From: Chiloscyllium plagiosum
Taxonomy: Eukaryota
Assembly: GCF_004010195.1 (NCBI RefSeq)
Contig: NC_057754.1
Location: 2,264,228 to 2,328,227 of the forward strand
Length of the DNA: 64,000 nucleotides
Reading direction: 5' to 3'
Positions 62,326-64,000 of this stretch are shown in pieces. The notes beneath the pieces are model-generated. The model worked only from the letters and a program-made list of their open reading frames with translations, had not been told where the DNA came from and made no database searches. Within the stretch, counting starts at the first letter, position 1, and each line of letters starts with the position of its first letter. Made by a program: the position numbers and the translations under genes.

Positions 62326-62629
62326 GATTAGATTACTTACAGTGTGGAAACAGGCCCTTCGGCCCAACAAGTCCACACCGACCCGCCGAAGCGCAACCCA
62401 CCCATACCCCTACATTTACCCCTTTAACCTAACACTACGGGCAATTTAGCATGGCCAATTCGCCTGACCCGCACATTTTTTGGATTGTGGGAGGAAACCG
62501 GAGCACCCGGAGGAAACCCACGCAGACACGGGGAGAACGTGCAAACTCCACACAGTCAGTCGCCTGAGTCGGGAATTGAACCCGGGTCTCTGGCGCTGTG
62601 AGGCAGCAGTGCTAACCACTGTGCCACCG
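62326..62629 (-). mobile_element. HE1-type V-SINE (left member of head-to-head pair)
   Basis: Full V-SINE lacking ~8 nt of its 5' end. Confidence 0.95.
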
Positions 62630-62947
62630 GGCGGCACGGTGGCACAGTGGTTAGCACTGCTGCCTCACAGCGCCTGAGACCCGGGTTCAATTCCCGCCTC
62701 AGGCGACTGACTGTGTGGAGTTTGCACGTTCTCCCCGTGTCTGCGTGGGTTTCCTCCGGGTGCTCCGGTGTCCTCCCACAGTCCAAAGGATGTGCAGGGG
62801 CAGGTGAATTGGCCATGCTAAATTGCCCGTAGTGTTAGGTAAGGGGTAAATGTAGGGGTATGGGTGGGTTTCGCTTCGGCGGGTCGGTGTGGACTTGTTG
62901 GGCCGAAGGGCCTGTTTCCACACTGTAATCTAATCTAATCTAATCTA
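62630..62947 (+). mobile_element. HE1-type V-SINE (right member of head-to-head pair)
   Basis: GGCGGCACGGTGGCACAGTGG ... (TAATC)4. Confidence 0.95.
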
Positions 62948-62950
62948 AAG

Positions 62951-63098
62951 GAGAGAGACAACTAATGATGGTTTAACCTGAGGGTCACCACCCTCTGACA
63001 AGAAGAGAAGCTGAAAAGGAAAGTCCTTCTTGGTACCTTTAGCCTGTGCAGGAATCAAACCCATCACTCTGCATTGCAAACCAACCATCCAGCCGACT
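62951..63098 (-). mobile_element. Older tRNA-derived SINE whose tail is split by the V-SINE pair
   Basis: Minus strand AGTCGGCTGGATGGTTGGTTTGCAATGCAGAG..GGGTTTGATTCCTG is a tRNA-like head. It appears to continue at 62303-62327. Confidence 0.5.
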
Positions 63099-63548
63099 AC
63101 TATGATAACTGCTCTGCCCAGGTCCATAAGAAACAACAGAGAGTTGTGAACACAGCCCAGTCGATCACGCAAACCAATCTTCCATCCATTGACTCTATCT
63201 ACACTTCTCGCCATTTCAGAAAAACAGCCAACATCATCAAAGATTCTCTCCCACCCGGTTATAATCCCCTCCAACCTCTTCCATCATGCAGAAAATATAA
63301 AACACATCTCCCAACAGGTTTAAGAACAACTTCTTTCCTGCTGTTATTAGACTTCTCAATGGACCCTTCAAATTTCAAATTTAAATATTGATCTCGCTCT
63401 TTGTGCACCTTCTCTGCCGCCATTAAATTGTACTCCTCGCTCTGTTCTATCACCCTGATGATTTTGTATGGTATGATCTACCTGTACTGCACACAAAACA
63501 AAACTTCACCATACCTAGGTACACGTGATAACGATAAATAAAAATAAA
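63099..63548 (+). mobile_element. Rex1/Babar 3' fragment
   Basis: NCSAQVHKKQQRVVNTAQSIT..LPSIDSIY..KTANIIKDS, with a 3' UTR like 9530-9709. Confidence 0.88.
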
Positions 63549-63554
63549 ACTGGG

Positions 63555-64000
63555 CTAACTGGTGGGTGAGGGTTTGGTATGCTAAACAGTTGGCGGGGGG
63601 GGGGAATGGTAGGGATGAGAGTGTTAACGGTATGGGGAGTAGTGGTAAAAATGGTGGATAATAGAGGGAATAGGGTGGCCAAAAGGTGGGCCAGGTAGGA
63701 TGCCAGGTGTTTGGGAGTTTAGAGTATCTGCTAAATGTGGTTTAGGATGCCAGGTGATTGAGGGAGTGGGTTGGCAGGTGTGTTGGGAGAGTAGGCAGAT
63801 GAGTGTTGGCAGATGAGTGAAGTTGGGTGGCAGTGAGTGAAGGATAGGGAGGCAGGTGGGTGAAGGCAAGGATACCAGGTGGGTGAGGGGTTATAGTGCC
63901 ATGTGGGTTGTGTGCAAGGTGATGTGGGTTTTGGGATACAAGGTAGGTCAGAGGTTGGGCAAATAGGTGATTTTGTTGTAGTGGGCCAGGTGGGTAAGGG
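63555..64000. repeat. G-rich low-complexity tract (GGTGGG/GGCAGG-rich), runs off the window end
   Basis: Strong G skew with recurring GGTGGGT(G/A)AGGG. Confidence 0.6.

Overview
Eukaryotic, transposon-saturated, apparently non-genic DNA (intron or intergenic), almost certainly from a cartilaginous fish (shark). It carries HE1-type V-SINEs, their partner CR1 (HER1-like) LINEs, SacSINE1-like DeuSINEs, Rex1/Babar and another CR1/L2-group LINE, one probable Gypsy-type solo LTR and three minisatellites (24, 33 and ~80 bp units). I found no host protein-coding exon that I can support. All long ORFs are repeat translations or decayed retrotransposon fragments. The most notable signal is a set of more than 15 short insertions derived from Penelope-like elements (PLEs). 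They fall into four sequence families, and most carry a minimal hammerhead-ribozyme motif (CUGANGA-stem II-GAAA-palindromic stem III) with compensatory stem changes. Several occur as tail-out inverted pairs bracketed by 7-19 bp target-site duplications. Other notable structures are a head-to-head pair of two different V-SINEs at one site, a minisatellite expanded inside a DeuSINE, a perfect 49-bp inverted copy 4.1 kb from its partner, and a 350-bp local duplication. Coordinates were read by eye. Family names come from recalled consensus motifs, not database searches.
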